Origin: Puccinia triticina
Lineage: Eukaryota
Length of the DNA stretch: 64,000 bases
Reading direction: 5' to 3'
NCBI GenBank assembly: GCA_026914245.1
Contig: CP110440.1
Location: 3,162,001 to 3,226,000 of the forward strand
Within the stretch, counting starts at the first letter, position 1. Each line of letters starts with the position of its first letter. The translations under genes and the position numbers were made by a program. Of the stretch, positions 48,248 to 60,885 are shown piece after piece. Below the pieces are notes generated by a model, which saw only the letters and a program-made list of their open reading frames with translations, ran no database searches and had not been told where the DNA came from.

Positions 48248-51200
48248 TTAAAGATTTCTTTTATCAGCTCTGTATTGTCTAAGGACTTTTTCAGAGTCTG
48301 GAATTTGGTCAGTAGTGAGCCATTCATCTTCTTTAGAACCACTGTATCTAACTAGATATTGTTTAATGTCCATATTGTTTTTTCTGATTTTTCTGTGTTG
48401 TAAAACCTTCTTTATTTTCACCACTTCTTTCTCCAGTCTTGGAATTACAACTTTAATATTGTCTTTTCTTAAAGGGAAATTTTCATTGTCACTAGGCACG
48501 TAAGGTTTGATTAAGCTAACAGGAAAAGTAGGATGTTTTCTTTCCAATTCACCTGTCAGTATGACTGCAACAGCATTCTTTCCGTGTAAGGCTTTGATAA
48601 CAAATGGTCCTACAAATGAGTCTCTCAATTTCTTAGGGCCAGTGAGGTTGGTAAAGTTAAATGTAGAAATAAGAACTTCTTCTCCAACTTTAAACTGGTG
48701 AGGTTTATGAGTCTTGTCCCATCTAGTTTTGTTGTATTCAAAGGATTTTTTAATGCATTCTGCGGCGTAATCAGCTGTCTTAGTCATCATTTGATGGAAG
48801 TCTGCTGCATTAGGATGTATTGTTACAGACTTGGATAAAACTAAGTCTTTGGGGAACCATGGAATCCATCCTCTTTCTAATTCAAAAGGTGTAATATTTG
48901 TAGAGCTATGTTTGCTGGAATTGTAGGCAAACTCAAGGGCTGGTAAGAGTGAGCACCAATCATGAGTATAATTATCTTTGTCCTTAAATTCCAAACCATA
49001 GGCACAATATCTTCTGATCATATCTTCAAGAGTTTGAATCATCCTTTCAGCTAATCCATCAGTCTGTGGGTGGTAAGCTATGGAGAACTTTAATTGTGTA
49101 CCACATAGATCATAAAGTCCTCTCCAAAATTCTGATGTAAATTTAGGATCTCTGTCTGTAATGATGTATCTTGGGCATCCTACATCAGCAATTATCTTTT
49201 GCCAAAACAACATAGCTATATCAAAAGCTGTATTCTCTTTATGACATGGAAGGAATTTGGTTCTTTTGGAAAATCTGTCTACTACTACTAGTACTGAATT
49301 ATAGTTATCTTGTCCTGCAGGTGGTAAACCTGTAACAAAATCCATATTGATTACAGACCATCTTTCAGTAGGTTCTTCAATTTCCTGTAATAATCCATAT
49401 CTTTTTCCTGTAGCTTTGTTGGCTTTTTTGCACCTTTCACAAGATTCACAGTAGTCCTTGGTTTCATTCTTAAAGTTTGGCCACCATGCAATGTGCTTTA
49501 CTCTCTCTGTAGTGCGCTCTACGGAGAAATGCCCAGCAGTGATATTATCATGGCATTCTCTAAGAAAAAATTGATATGTTCTCTTTGCACCAGTACTACC
49601 ACACTAGTATGTTTGGTTCTATGGTAAAGTAATCCATCAAGAAGAGAAAATCTGTCTTCTTTAAAAGCTGTAGCCCAGGGTTCTTCTAATGAGTTAATTA
49701 AATCCATATTCTTATACTTACTCTGTAGTATTTCTTTGATGGTAGAAGTATTCTTATTGGTATCATAGGATTTTCTGATTTCATCCCAGAATTCTTCTTC
49801 CATTTCACATACATGTAAACCAAGGATATCATAATTTTCTGAAGGAGCATCATATGCAGGATTATCTTCATCATTCTCAAGGGGAAATAAAGCCATGATT
49901 TTTGCAGCAACTTCTCCGTCCCACGCTGGGTTCTCTGGTAAATTTTCTAGAGACCATCTGCTAAGACCATCCGCATTTTTATGGATATTTCCAGCTCTGT
50001 GGATAATAGTCATGCTTCCTCTGCAGATTTGAATAGCAATTTGCCATCTAAGCATATGTCTATTGGGAGTTTTCATACCTAAGAGACTTTTAAGGGCTAT
50101 ACAATCAGTAATGACTTCAAAGTAACATCCATCCAAGTAGTAGTATAATTTTTCAAGTGCCCATACTAGACAAAGACATTCTAGCTGGCTGGCTCCATAT
50201 CTTTTTTCACTGTCTTTCAAGGTGCGTGAAATGTAGCATATGACTCCTTCTCTGGGGACTTCAAAATCCTGTATCTGATGTAATGCAGCGCCTAAACCTT
50301 CCATGCTGGCATCTACATATAATCTGTAAGGTTTATGGGGATCAGGCATGAACAGTATTGGTGCTGAAGTAAGTTTTTTCTCTCATTACATTAAAAGCTT
50401 CCACTCTAGTAGTTGTCATCTCAAACACTGCAAAAAAACTTGGTCAACTGCTTGCAGTTGACATGCAGGATACTCACGCCAAGCTACCATTGTAACTCCA
50501 CCTGAATGCACAAGTGCCTTTGTTGGCACAGTCACTGTGCAAGGTGCACAGTGACTGTGCATTGACGCTTTGGTTGAGTCAAACCTTGGGTAAGGCTGGT
50601 GTAACACCACAAGCTTCCTCAGAGTTACCGCATGTCAACTGCTCACAGTTGACACAGTTTTTTTTGCAGTGAAAGGCAGTGTTGGGACTACTGAGTTGAT
50701 AAAGTGGGCCACTTATTTTTGCAAAATCCTTAATTTGTTGTCTATAGTAACTTGCAAAACCTAAGAATGACTGTACTTCCTTCAGGTTAGTTGGCACAGG
50801 TTTGAGCAAAACAGCTGATACTTTATTCATGTCTATAGCTATACTGAGTCCTGATACAATATGTCCAAGAGCTTTAAGTTCTTGAAATCCAAATTGGCAT
50901 TTACTCATTGATATTTTCATATTCATTTTAATTACTATTTCTAAGACTATGGTCAACTTCTTGAGGTGTTCTTCCCAGTCTTGGCTGAATATGATAATGT
51001 CATCAATGTAAATTATAAGCCATCCCTCACGTAACTCTCTGTGGAATTCAGTATCCATCATTCTCTGGAAGTGAGATGGTGCATTTTTAATTCCAAAGGG
51101 CATTCTGAGATATTCATAAAAACCCATATGTAATATAATGCGCAACAAATGTCTACTGTCTTCATGTATTACATTTTGGTGGAATCCTTTTAGTACATCC

Positions 51201-54200
51201 ATGCAGGTAATAAATTTTGCATTCTTGAGTTGCGTGATTGCTTCACTAATCTTGGGCATAGGATATCTATCAGGAATAGTGTAGGTATTGAGGGCTCTAA
51301 AATCACCAACCATCCTGGACTTATCATTATGTCACGCAATGATTACAGGTGTTGTAACTTCCACATTCTCATTTGCGCCAACCTTGCGCAGAACTTTCAT
51401 TCTAACTAATTCATTTACATGTTGTTGCAAGGCTTCTCTGCTTCTAGGGGATGCTGGGCATGAGGCTTTTCTCAAAGCTGGTGGATAAGGTCTGGAAGTA
51501 TTAAGATTGATTCTTACTTCATGTCCTTTAATGCATCCAAAGGGTTCATCAGCTGTAGCAAAGGCCAATCTATGTTTATGTAGTAATTAAACTAATTTGT
51601 CTGTTTGTTCTGGTGTCAGATCTGGTGAAATTCTGGCGTCAGATATGGTGTTAGAGAATTTTGAGGCTTCCACAGCATTACATTCTAGTTGCTCTAATGT
51701 AAATTTTTCCGTAATTCCTAGTTCAAATTTAGTCAAGAGATCTCCATTAATGGTAAAGTATCTGCCATTACTGTTGATGACGTCAATACCATAATTAATA
51801 ATGTAATCATTACCAAGGATAATGTATTTCATCTTGAAATCTGCCATTACTACTAGCTCAACTGTAATTTGTACACTAGATCTTGTGTGAGGGAAAATAA
51901 TATCTAGAGTAATGATACCTAGTGGGGACAATTTGCTATTGCAGCTGTAGAATTTCTCCTTCTTGACTGGGGATAGCTTGGTCTTCCAGTCAGGCATAAT
52001 AGTGTCTAAGAATTTGGGGCTAATTATTGAACAGAATGCTCCGCCATCAATGAGACATTTGAGTTTATACTTGTTACATAGTATATTAGTAGTGTTGGTT
52101 CCTCCTGTAGTGTGCATATTACCTACTTGTTCAGGTTTAACTACTGGTAACTTCCTAATATTATGTGGGGCTTTATCCTCTGTGATCTTGGAAATATTAG
52201 ATATAAGCCTATCTGCTTTACATGTAATGGCGTGATTTGAATTGCTTGCTGATTCATCATCTGAGTCATCAGAATCACTAGGAAGGGATTCTCCTGAGGA
52301 AATGCTAATAGTGTCACATGGTAATTGGTTATCTTCACTCTGGATCACTGCTATCTTCTTGCTGATCTTCTTGGGACATTTGGTAGACTTATGCCCAGTC
52401 TTACCACATTCATAGCATGTGATTTCTTTAGGAGCTGATGGTTCTTTAGTCTCAGGTTTCTTATCCTTGTAATTGTCTCTTTTGTTTGTTTTGCTTCTAG
52501 ATTTGTCTTTTTCACAAACATTCACTATACTTTCAAGTTGGTTAATGAATTCTGAAGTGTCATCATTAGTTCTGATAGCTAGGCGCATTTTGTACTCAGT
52601 TTTGGGGTCAGGTTGAGACAGTAATTTATCATTGATAGATTGGTTATCCAAGTGTCTTTCCACAGCTTGTATTCTGTTAACTTGGTTGGTAACCCATTCA
52701 GAAGGTTCAGTCTCACCATACACGTCAAATTTAGATCTTCTAAAGGCATCTCTGACTTTTCTTTTCCATTCAGGGGAGCTATATTTCTTAATGATTTCTG
52801 CTTTCCAGAAAGTCCAATCTTTTGGTCCTTGAACTTCTTTCTTTCTATTGTTGTACCATATGTTTGCTGGTCCTGTAAATAATGAATTGAGTTTGGAACA
52901 AATGATTTGATCTGGTGCATTTGTATCATCCTGTAAACTGTCAATCCATTCTATAAATTTGTAATGGTCATATTCTCCTTTGCCAGAAAATGTGGCCCAT
53001 TCACTTATTTTGGGTAAATTGGCTAATACTAATTTATGAATGGCTTTGTCCTCTTCATTTTTTGGAAAATTACGTGGAGTAGAAGATGTTGTTCTTCTGT
53101 CGGGAGTTGGTAGTGGAATTTCTACATCACTATCATCTGAATCTGAATTTTCTGCTTTGTGAGGTGGGGAGTTCACATTAGGTGCTCTGTCAGATTTTAC
53201 TCTTGTTGAACTGCTGCTGGCCTGAATATGGGGTGGAGTATCTTTATTCACGCTCTCTTTCACCGGGGGATTAGGTGATGAGTGTCCAATATTGTTAATA
53301 GAATTTATTACTTGTAAAATTATAGTTTCCAATTTATCTTGTTTTGATGCTGTGTCCGTAGTTTGTTTCTCAAACCTGTTTACTACATCTTCAAATGTGG
53401 TAAATTGTGATGTAATTTTATCTTTAGCATCATTCTGCAGGGTTCTGAAGCGTGATTCTAACAAATTCAATTTCTGTAATATTTCTTGGTTGGTATTTTC
53501 TTGGTCTTCAACCAATTCTTCAGTTCTAGCCAGGGATCTAGTAACTTGGGTACTCAATATTTCAAGAGCAGAGGGCGCTTCATCAAGCTTCTTATCCATA
53601 CTCTCCAATTTATTCAAGATGACAGTAAAGGCATCATCTTCTGAATTTACTTGCTCATCTACAAGCTGTGTAACTTTGTGGCACAATTTCTTAAGGTGTA
53701 AATGTACCTGAGGATTTATCAGAAATGGCTGGGGAATCTGCGCGCTGATTAGTATCAGTGGTTTCCTCTCTAGTCTCACGGGGTTGTGTGTTTTTGTCTG
53801 TAACTCCAAGGGCTTGAAGTTCTGGGGTGAGGGTGTCAACGTTGGTGGACACTGTACACAATGAAAAACACAAAAATATTAGTATTAAAAAATACCAATC
53901 TGACGGGAAAAGGGTAAGGAAAAAGATGTACTTTTCAGATTTGGGATTTTCTGAGTTCTTTTAAAGTTATAGTGATTTTGCCGGAAATTCAGTGTAGGAA
54001 ATTTTTTCTGTCGATGGAAAGGTTTGAATTTTTGTTGGATGAAAGCTAAGAAGGTGGCGCAGAAGTGTATCAACTTGGTTTGTTGATTGCTCAAACGGCG
54101 TGGAGTGGAGGTCCTTTTAAACTCTTGGAACAGCGGTTCTACAAGAGGAGGGAAAGTATTGATGCGCTTGTACAGCGCTTTTGGGATCTGTAGGCTAGGT

Positions 54201-54310
54201 ATGTCACTTCTAGTCTGATCCGCTAGGCTCGCGCGGTTCAATCGGCGGTCTAAGATTGTCTGTAGCTGCTCTAGATCAGGAGCTACAGGTGTTACAGTGA
54301 TCCTGCTCAA
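48248..54310 (-). pseudogene. Gag-pol of element 2, disrupted by stops, frameshifts and a MITE
   Basis: [42 protein letters not shown] and a chromodomain (YLVRYSG...DEW). Stops at 51587 and 51332. Frameshifts near 50380 and 49560. Confidence 0.93.
50426..50671. mobile_element. CACTG-ended (CMC/EnSpm-like) MITE inserted in the RT-RNase H linker
   Basis: TIR CACTGCAAAAAAA / TTTTTTTGCAGTG with AAA TSD. Removing it restores ...PNTAFEMTTTRVEAF... Confidence 0.9.
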
Positions 54311-54789
54311 GGGTTGCGGCTTGAGGAGGGTATGTACGGTAGGTATGCGCCTGTATGCGCTCTCTAATTGAGTTGGGTGGAGTGCGTCTAGTGTGTAAAT
54401 CCCTGTAGATCCTTGCAGATCCGGGGTAATACAGTAGTACAGTATAATTGAACTGTAATTGAGTTATGTAGATCCTGTATACACAGGATGCGCACGGTGT
54501 ATGTAGTACCACTTAGTCCCGCGACCTAATGCGCTCTCAAGTGGGAATGCAGTACAAATGCTTTCCTGCCATAGGAATGGTAGAGTTTGGAGTCTCACGA
54601 AAAAAACCTAGTAGTGGAAATCGACCCTTGCGGCTCGATTGGTCTACTCAGAATTTTCTTATCTATTCTCCTTTTGGGGAGAACAAGCGTTCCGGTGTGT
54701 TTTCCGCAGAGAAAATGAATGAAATTCACTGGAATTTCACTGTGTAGATTCAACCAAGTGTGTATGATGTAGAGACTGTAAAATGAAGA

Positions 54790-54875
54790 TGTGTCTGGTG
54801 AGAGTCGAACTCACGACCTCAGCTATGCTGAGACACATACTAGAGTGCTGCCTTTACCAACTAGGCTACAGACGC
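54790..54875 (-). tRNA. tRNA-like gene/pseudogene (Thr-AGT-like) inside the Gypsy leader
   Basis: Acceptor GCGTCTG/CAGACAC, D arm GCCT-AGTTGGTAA-AGGC, CTAGTA anticodon-like loop, perfect T arm GTGAG-TTCGACT-CTCAC, and downstream TTTT. The anticodon stem is irregular. Confidence 0.75.
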
Positions 54876-55165
54876 TTGTGGCTGCCAGCTGGGTGGTTGG
54901 TTGGTAGTGCTCATGGGTCGATCCGACAGCCCTCCATACTGTGGTGATACATCATGGTAGCAGACTAACAGACAACTCAACATATGATTCAATTTCTATG
55001 GGTTTTGGCGAAATAAAGAGAATTTTTCCAGTAAAAAATAGAGAGATAGTCAACAATAGGATGATTTTTTATGGATTTTTCCGGTTTTATAGAAGGAAAC
55101 AGGGTGAAGAGTCTAGGAAAATGATGAGAAAATAAGGGAGAATCTAAGACACAATCACGGGAAAT

Positions 55166-55588
55166 CTAGTTAATGATTTGACTTCTCTTTCTGCGAGTAA
55201 ATTGCGGAGGAGGGCCGTCAGAAGTGAAGGGGGGAAGTGTGGAGTAGGAGGTATGCTCTGTATAAGAGCAGTATTCCTCGTCAAAGGGAGGATATCCAAA
55301 TGGGAAAGCTGTAAGTTGTGGTTTTCTAAAAAGTTTGGTTTGTTCTTCTTCCACAAATTCTGACTCTTCAGTAGTATCAATAAGTGTACCGTCAGGATGA
55401 TAGATACAAGTTATCCAAAGAGTACTGTAAGTTATCCAGGTACAGGTGTAGAATTGGTCCTCTCCAATCAGTGTATGGGTTTTTCTAACGTGTTCTTGGA
55501 CTTCAAGGTTATTAGGATCTTCCTTCGTGTATTTCTGTAATTTCAGGAGGTTGGAGTTGGGTTTGAAATCACAGATAATGGTGGTCAT
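55166..55588 (-). CDS. Hypothetical 140-aa ORF between PBS and gag of element 2
   Basis: ATG-initiated, stop-free, sense to the element, with a protein-like composition. No recognisable domain. Confidence 0.4.
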   Translation of the reverse strand: MTTIICDFKPNSNLLKLQKYTKEDPNNLEVQEHVRKTHTLIGEDQFYTCTWITYSTLWITCIYHPDGTLIDTTEESEFVEEEQTKLFRKPQLTAFPFGYPPFDEEYCSYTEHTSYSTLPPFTSDGPPPQFTRRKRSQIIN

Positions 55589-57984
55589 TTGTCTTTTAAC
55601 AAGACATTTTGGCGTAAAAAAATGGTAAGGAAATAGGTATTTTAGTATGATTTTCACGGTTTGGGAGTGAGAATTACGGATAAATAATAGGCCAGACCCC
55701 CAATTGTCAGCCTGTAGGTAACTAACTGTGTCTGAGAGGGTTGTTACTAGCAAGATGATGGTGTAAGATGCCAAGGATGGGCCAATGGGTTTGTGGTAAG
55801 ACCTGTAAAAGGTTTCACTCTATCAGTAATCTTGACTGAGAGGCTTGCTCAATTAAGGCGCATCCAGATCAACACAGGGTGTTAATAGGCATCCAAGGAA
55901 TAACTCAACTTGGGTTCGTGGTTTTACCTACAGAAAGGTAAGGGTAATCAAGAGTTGATGTTATTCCTGAATTGAAAGATGGGTGAGAATGAAGGCACTG
56001 TTTAACTATGTATGTTTTAAACCTTGCTATAATAATATTCTGAGGGATAAACAGTCCTGGGGGGCGTGTTTATATAGAGGGGAAAGAGCAGAAGGGAACA
56101 TGAGGCACTTGGAGGCGCTTCAGGACCAGGGGGGAACTGGAAGCGCTCAATGGAAGCAGATCCTCATGAGGATCAACATTGGAAATGATCAGGGCAGTGT
56201 AATGATCAGTACTGATCCTAGATCAGTAGCTGTGCACACTAGCTGATCATAACCAATCAGTGATTCCATTCAGTGCTCTTTGAATTGGATTACATCATGT
56301 ATTGTTTATGTATTTATATCATAACCAATATATTATGTAAATGGGGACTGAGGCGTAACAGGGGATAAATGAGTGATACCTGTCTTGGGGTATTTCACGT
56401 GTACAGTAATATTACAATGTATTGTAATCTTACTGTTGCACGTAACTTAACTCTCATAACAACAGTAAATTATGGTAACTGTATTTAACTATGGTTATCT
56501 GTAATGTAATGTATAACAGGAGTACATTCTTAAGCTTGTATCTAATGATATACATATGTAATAAAGGTGTAAAAAGTAGTGTACTATATGTAATGTGAAC
56601 AATTGCAGGTACTTGGTACGTGTAAGGTACTGTGACATGTACTCTGTGGCTGACAGTTACTCTTTGAACAAAAGTAGAAGAGTGCCGGGATCCAAATTGG
56701 CTGCGGCCAGAGGTAAGTTAAGCAAACCAATTTCCGCAGCCCAAAACCCGCGCCAAGGGATGAAACACTAATCATCAGAATTGATGTAATTAGCAGGAAC
56801 TTCCCACGGCAGCAAGAACACAAACGTGCTTCAACCATTGCTGAAAAACAGAATCTCTGGAAAAACCAAAGGGGAGTGATAGAGTATTTGAAATAAGTCC
56901 AGGCAAAGAAAAAGAAAGCTCAAAAGCTAATACATCCTACAATTATCTTTGGGCAGACAAAGTCAAACCAATAGAAATCAGGAAAGCCAAACTCTCCCTT
57001 GATCAAGGTGCTGAGAGGGGTAAGCACAAAGAGAAATAGAGATAAAAAAGAAACCAGGCTGGAACTGATGTTGTACTAGTGAAAACAGATGACGTCACGG
57101 CTTTGCTCAGACAATTCTCAAGCGTTGCATCAAGCAGGTTCGCGAGCTAGATACTCAACGTCTATCAATCTCATCAGCGGGAGGACAAGGAGAAATCTCC
57201 TTAAATAGTTATTTTTCTTAAATTAAAACATTACTCAGAATAGAGCGGCCTATAGCCTGCTCCTAGGTAAATCTCACAACATGATATCATAAACAGAATT
57301 GTTTTTCCTTTTATCTTTTATTGTTTTCTGACTAGAATTTAAAAATGAACTCCTAGTCTTCTGCATTCTTTCAGTCTTGAGCAATGTGATGAAGCCATCA
57401 GATTATCCAAAGGTCAAAGTTGGTCACACTCTCACGGGTTTGTTCAGTATTGAATTAAGAATGACAGGTCTCTTGTCAATACAGAATCACCACTTGAGGT
57501 ATGTCAAATCTTATTTTCTTGTTTTTAGGCTGGGCAGGCTATTTGGGGAACAACAGGCCAGATGGAGACTCTCAGGTGGATTTTTTACATCCAATTTTTT
57601 CCCAAGGGATGGGGGTCGCTGTTATTTTCAAAACGTGATAATATGTAGAAAAAAAAATTGATTCTAAAGGTACCAGAGGCTGTGAGGAAATCAGAGGTGT
57701 ACCAGGTGATACATGGGTTCAAATGGAAATTTGGACAATTGGCTGGGCAGCCTCAAGCCAATCTGGGACATTGGGCACAAGTCCCTCCTTCGGAGGTCGC
57801 TGCGCTCCCCCGAGGAGGGACTTGTGTTAAGTTCGGGCTGCCCGCCCCCCCCCCCGCAGAAGAGGGACTTCCACAAGTTGGGGTGTCACGGGCACCGCTA
57901 TGTCACGGGCACGGCTACCACAAACCCCAGCCCCAAACAATCAGGCAAAGAAACCCATACCTTCCAGGAATCGGAACAATCAAA

Positions 57985-58991
57985 ATGGATGAATTCAAGG
58001 GTGGAGGATCGACTGGATCGAGAGTACCGAGTGCGGTGAAAATATTCTACGAGCACCTCACGGAGGAGGGGGGCACGAGCGAAGACAAGGAGCTATCGGC
58101 CGACTTCAAGGCCGCGGTGGAGCGATCGATGAAGACGCTGAAGGGGACGGATACTGTAGAGATAGAGCTAGAGTTGAAGAGCAAGACGACGGGGAGGCGG
58201 GTAAGTGTGATGGAGAGCAAGAAGCTGGAGCGGCTGCTTTCGCGGATATATGTCGAGGTCGAGCGACAGAAGACGGTTCGGGACGAGCTGCTCGTCCAAG
58301 TCGAGGTCTCCATACTTGGCTTCAGCAAGCTCCCTCGGGCCCACTCCGCCTTCAATCCCTCCTCCCGCTCCTCCAACCACCCCGACCGCCATTTCGAGAC
58401 TCTCGCTCTCGGTGGCACTTTCGATCACTTGCATTCCGGACACAAGATCCTTCTGACTATCGCGGCTTGGTTGACCACTCGTAGATTGATCATCGGGATT
58501 ACCGGTACGCTTCTTTCTTCTTTACAGTCCAAGTTATCCTAACCGGAACATGACTAATACAAGGGTGGTCCAAATATACATATATATATATAAACAGATG
58601 ACGAACTGTTAAAAAATAAGCAGCATGCGAGGCGGTTGGAGTCTCTTGAAGAGCGGCAGAACACCGTACGAAGCTTCCTGGAACGGGTCGGGCCACAAGA
58701 TCTGCAGATTGAGACGCCGAGGCTGAAAGATGTGTACGGTCCGACGGCCTCGGACCCAGACATTGATGCACTCCTTGTCTCCCAGGAGACCCTCCCCGGT
58801 GCCCAGGCCATCGACGACATCCGGATCCAGAACGGCCTCAACCCACTCGCTCGTTACGTCATCGACGTCATCAGTGATCATCAAACATTCCTGCCTGACA
58901 ATCATGACCTTAAACAACTGAAGATCAGTAGCACCCATATTCGCGCCTGGATTGACTCTCGTCAAACCACAAATTCCCTTCCAAACAACTA
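57985..58991 (+). CDS. CAB4: Phosphopantetheine adenylyltransferase (cytidylyltransferase family), 2 exons
   Basis: GGTFDHLHSGHKILLT (HxGH), DVYGPT, ALLVSQET and KISSTHIR. Intron 58505-58597 (GTACGC...CTAAT...CAG) gives ITDDELLKNK. Confidence 0.9.
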
Positions 58992-59811
58992 AGCATTGAT
59001 TCACATATGCCCAATGCACCCTCCCTCTTGTGTCTGTACCCATTATTACTGTAGCAGCTGTATATTTGAATTCCTGGATCTGAAATTGTTGGCCTAACTG
59101 AAGCAGGTACCGACAGTTTTTTCGGACTTGCAAACAAGATGAGGCTTTGACGGCCTGGGTCGAATTGTTGTTACTCTTGCACACAACACATTACACTATC
59201 TCTATTCAGAGGGCTATTTGTCATCCACCTCAAAGACAGCCTGAGATCTGACTAGCTAATCTGTATTGCGACTCTGGATGAATCATTAGCCCAACCGTTT
59301 GTTGGATACGGAAATCCCCAGAGTGATAGGATTTGTGCTGTTACTTTGTTCATGACAAATAGGAGGAATGAGAAAAAAAACGAGTTTATCAGGAGCCTGG
59401 CTGAGCTCGAACTTGACACAAGTCCCTGCCGACAGGGAGGTTTCTTGCGCCCCGCGAGTTTGCGCCTAAACTATGTAGGTCCCTCTCTTTGGGGGGGGGG
59501 GGGGAGACGCCGTCACGCAGGGACCGCCCGAAGGAGGTTCGGAGGTCGCTTCGCTCCCCCCAGGAGGAGTGAATAGTGGGTAGATTCTCAGTTGCATACA
59601 ATTGAGAATGGGAAGGTGAGATTTTCAAGAGAAATACATAAAATTGTTTTTGGTGCTTGGATCAGCTTGGATCAGCACATATGGGGTATCACTCTTCAAC
59701 GAGCACACTACAATGAAATAAATCAAATTGGTTGAAATCTGTTGAAATTCAAGTCACTCTTGATGGAAGGGCGCTATGCGAGTTCGGCCTACTTGCCGGG
59801 GGCAAGGCCGA

Positions 59812-60652
59812 CTAGGCTGGTGGAGGTTGTTCCGTGAAGTCATGCTTGAGGCAGTCACTACACCCTAAGAAGTTGTACAGAACAGGAAGATTTTAGTAAC
59901 CACCACTTGATGTTGCTAAGAATTGAAAGCTTGCACTCACCAACGATGACGCTGTTGTGATCAGAAGCTTTGTACCATGGACATTGGTAAGCGCGTGTTG
60001 ACCCGTCGTTTGGGTTGTCCCAACCAATGACAACTAAGCCCCGAAGGTTTGCAACCAACGAAAGCTTCAGTTATTTACTCCATCTGTATTGGTAAACAAC
60101 AAGGGGGATTACGCACCCTTGTATCCACTGTCCTCTCCTGGTTTGTTCCAATGAGTCCAGTATTTGGCCACGTGGACATTTTTAGGCTGGCCCTTTGTGA
60201 TGATTCTGCCAGGATTGGGGGAACCTACGCAACCTTCATAGGTCCACTCGTCGACTGATGGATTCGCAGACAACGAAAGTCAAGGGATGACAATGATTAT
60301 TAGTCACATTTCTTGACCAAGAGGCTGATGGACAATTGCGACTTACCAGTGGCCAGGTTGAAATAGCATGAATTGCGGCTACAAAAATGCCGCTCACCAT
60401 TGCCTCTTTTGCAAGCTGTGAACGAAGCGATTGATGTGTTTCGACAGTCAGAGCTTGAACAACTCCTGTTTAAATACAATCACGGGATTGAAATGACTTA
60501 CAAACTTTCCCTGCTGGTAAAACGGCTGAGTTTGCGATAGTCTGGAAGCTGTCACAGAAAATATATTCTCCTGTTGCAACGGCTGTTAGACCGACGAAGG
60601 CAATCACGACCGAAACGACGTACAGTTTCCAGATTGAGCTGGCTGGAAACAT
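59812..60652 (-). CDS. Small secreted Cys-rich protein, candidate effector (167 aa, 5 exons)
   Basis: Exons 60652-60502, 60415-60347, 60254-60117, 60033-59941 and 59864-59812 join in frame. Hydrophobic signal peptide and 8 Cys. Confidence 0.85.
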
Positions 60653-60847
60653 GTTTGTGGTGAAGGTTTTGGAGTGTTCAGGAAAGTACGATCGAGCACA
60701 AGAAGAAAGAGATGGGGGCTGTTGGTGGATGTTAGGCTGAGGAAAGCGTTGGATGGTTTCAAGAGCTCAGCTTTTATGCGCGATTCTGATCACACTACGT
60801 GGATCAAGAGCGTCTCCCGTATTCAACAGGGTGGCTTCAGCTGACGG

Positions 60848-60885
60848 GCTGATGGGGGCTGATGGGGGCTGATGGGGGCTGATGG
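60848..60885. repeat. 10-bp tandem repeat (GCTGATGGGG) upstream of the effector candidate
   Basis: About 3.5 direct copies. Confidence 0.8.

Larger units (their letters stand above)
47265..56655 (-). mobile_element. Full-length Ty3/Gypsy chromovirus LTR retrotransposon (element 2)
   Basis: 951-bp LTRs at 47265-48215 and 55705-56655 (about 6 differences). TSD GGTAC/GTTAC (1 mismatch). PPT at 48216-48227. PBS TGGGGGTCTGGCC at ~55690-55702. Confidence 0.96.

Noticed and set aside
55690..55702. Self-priming by the element's own tRNA-like RNA
   Set aside because: Only CCAGAC plus CCA match, with a register shift. The PBS looks more like a host tRNA-Pro type. Kept only as a remark.
3536..56655. 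Shared minus orientation of most LTR elements
   Set aside because: The sample is small, and the LTR at 63777 appears to be plus-oriented.
57658..57984. 109-codon N-terminal extension of the PPAT ORF
   Set aside because: It starts at TTG and runs through a dispersed repeat also found at ~14500-14745. ATG 57985 is the plausible start.
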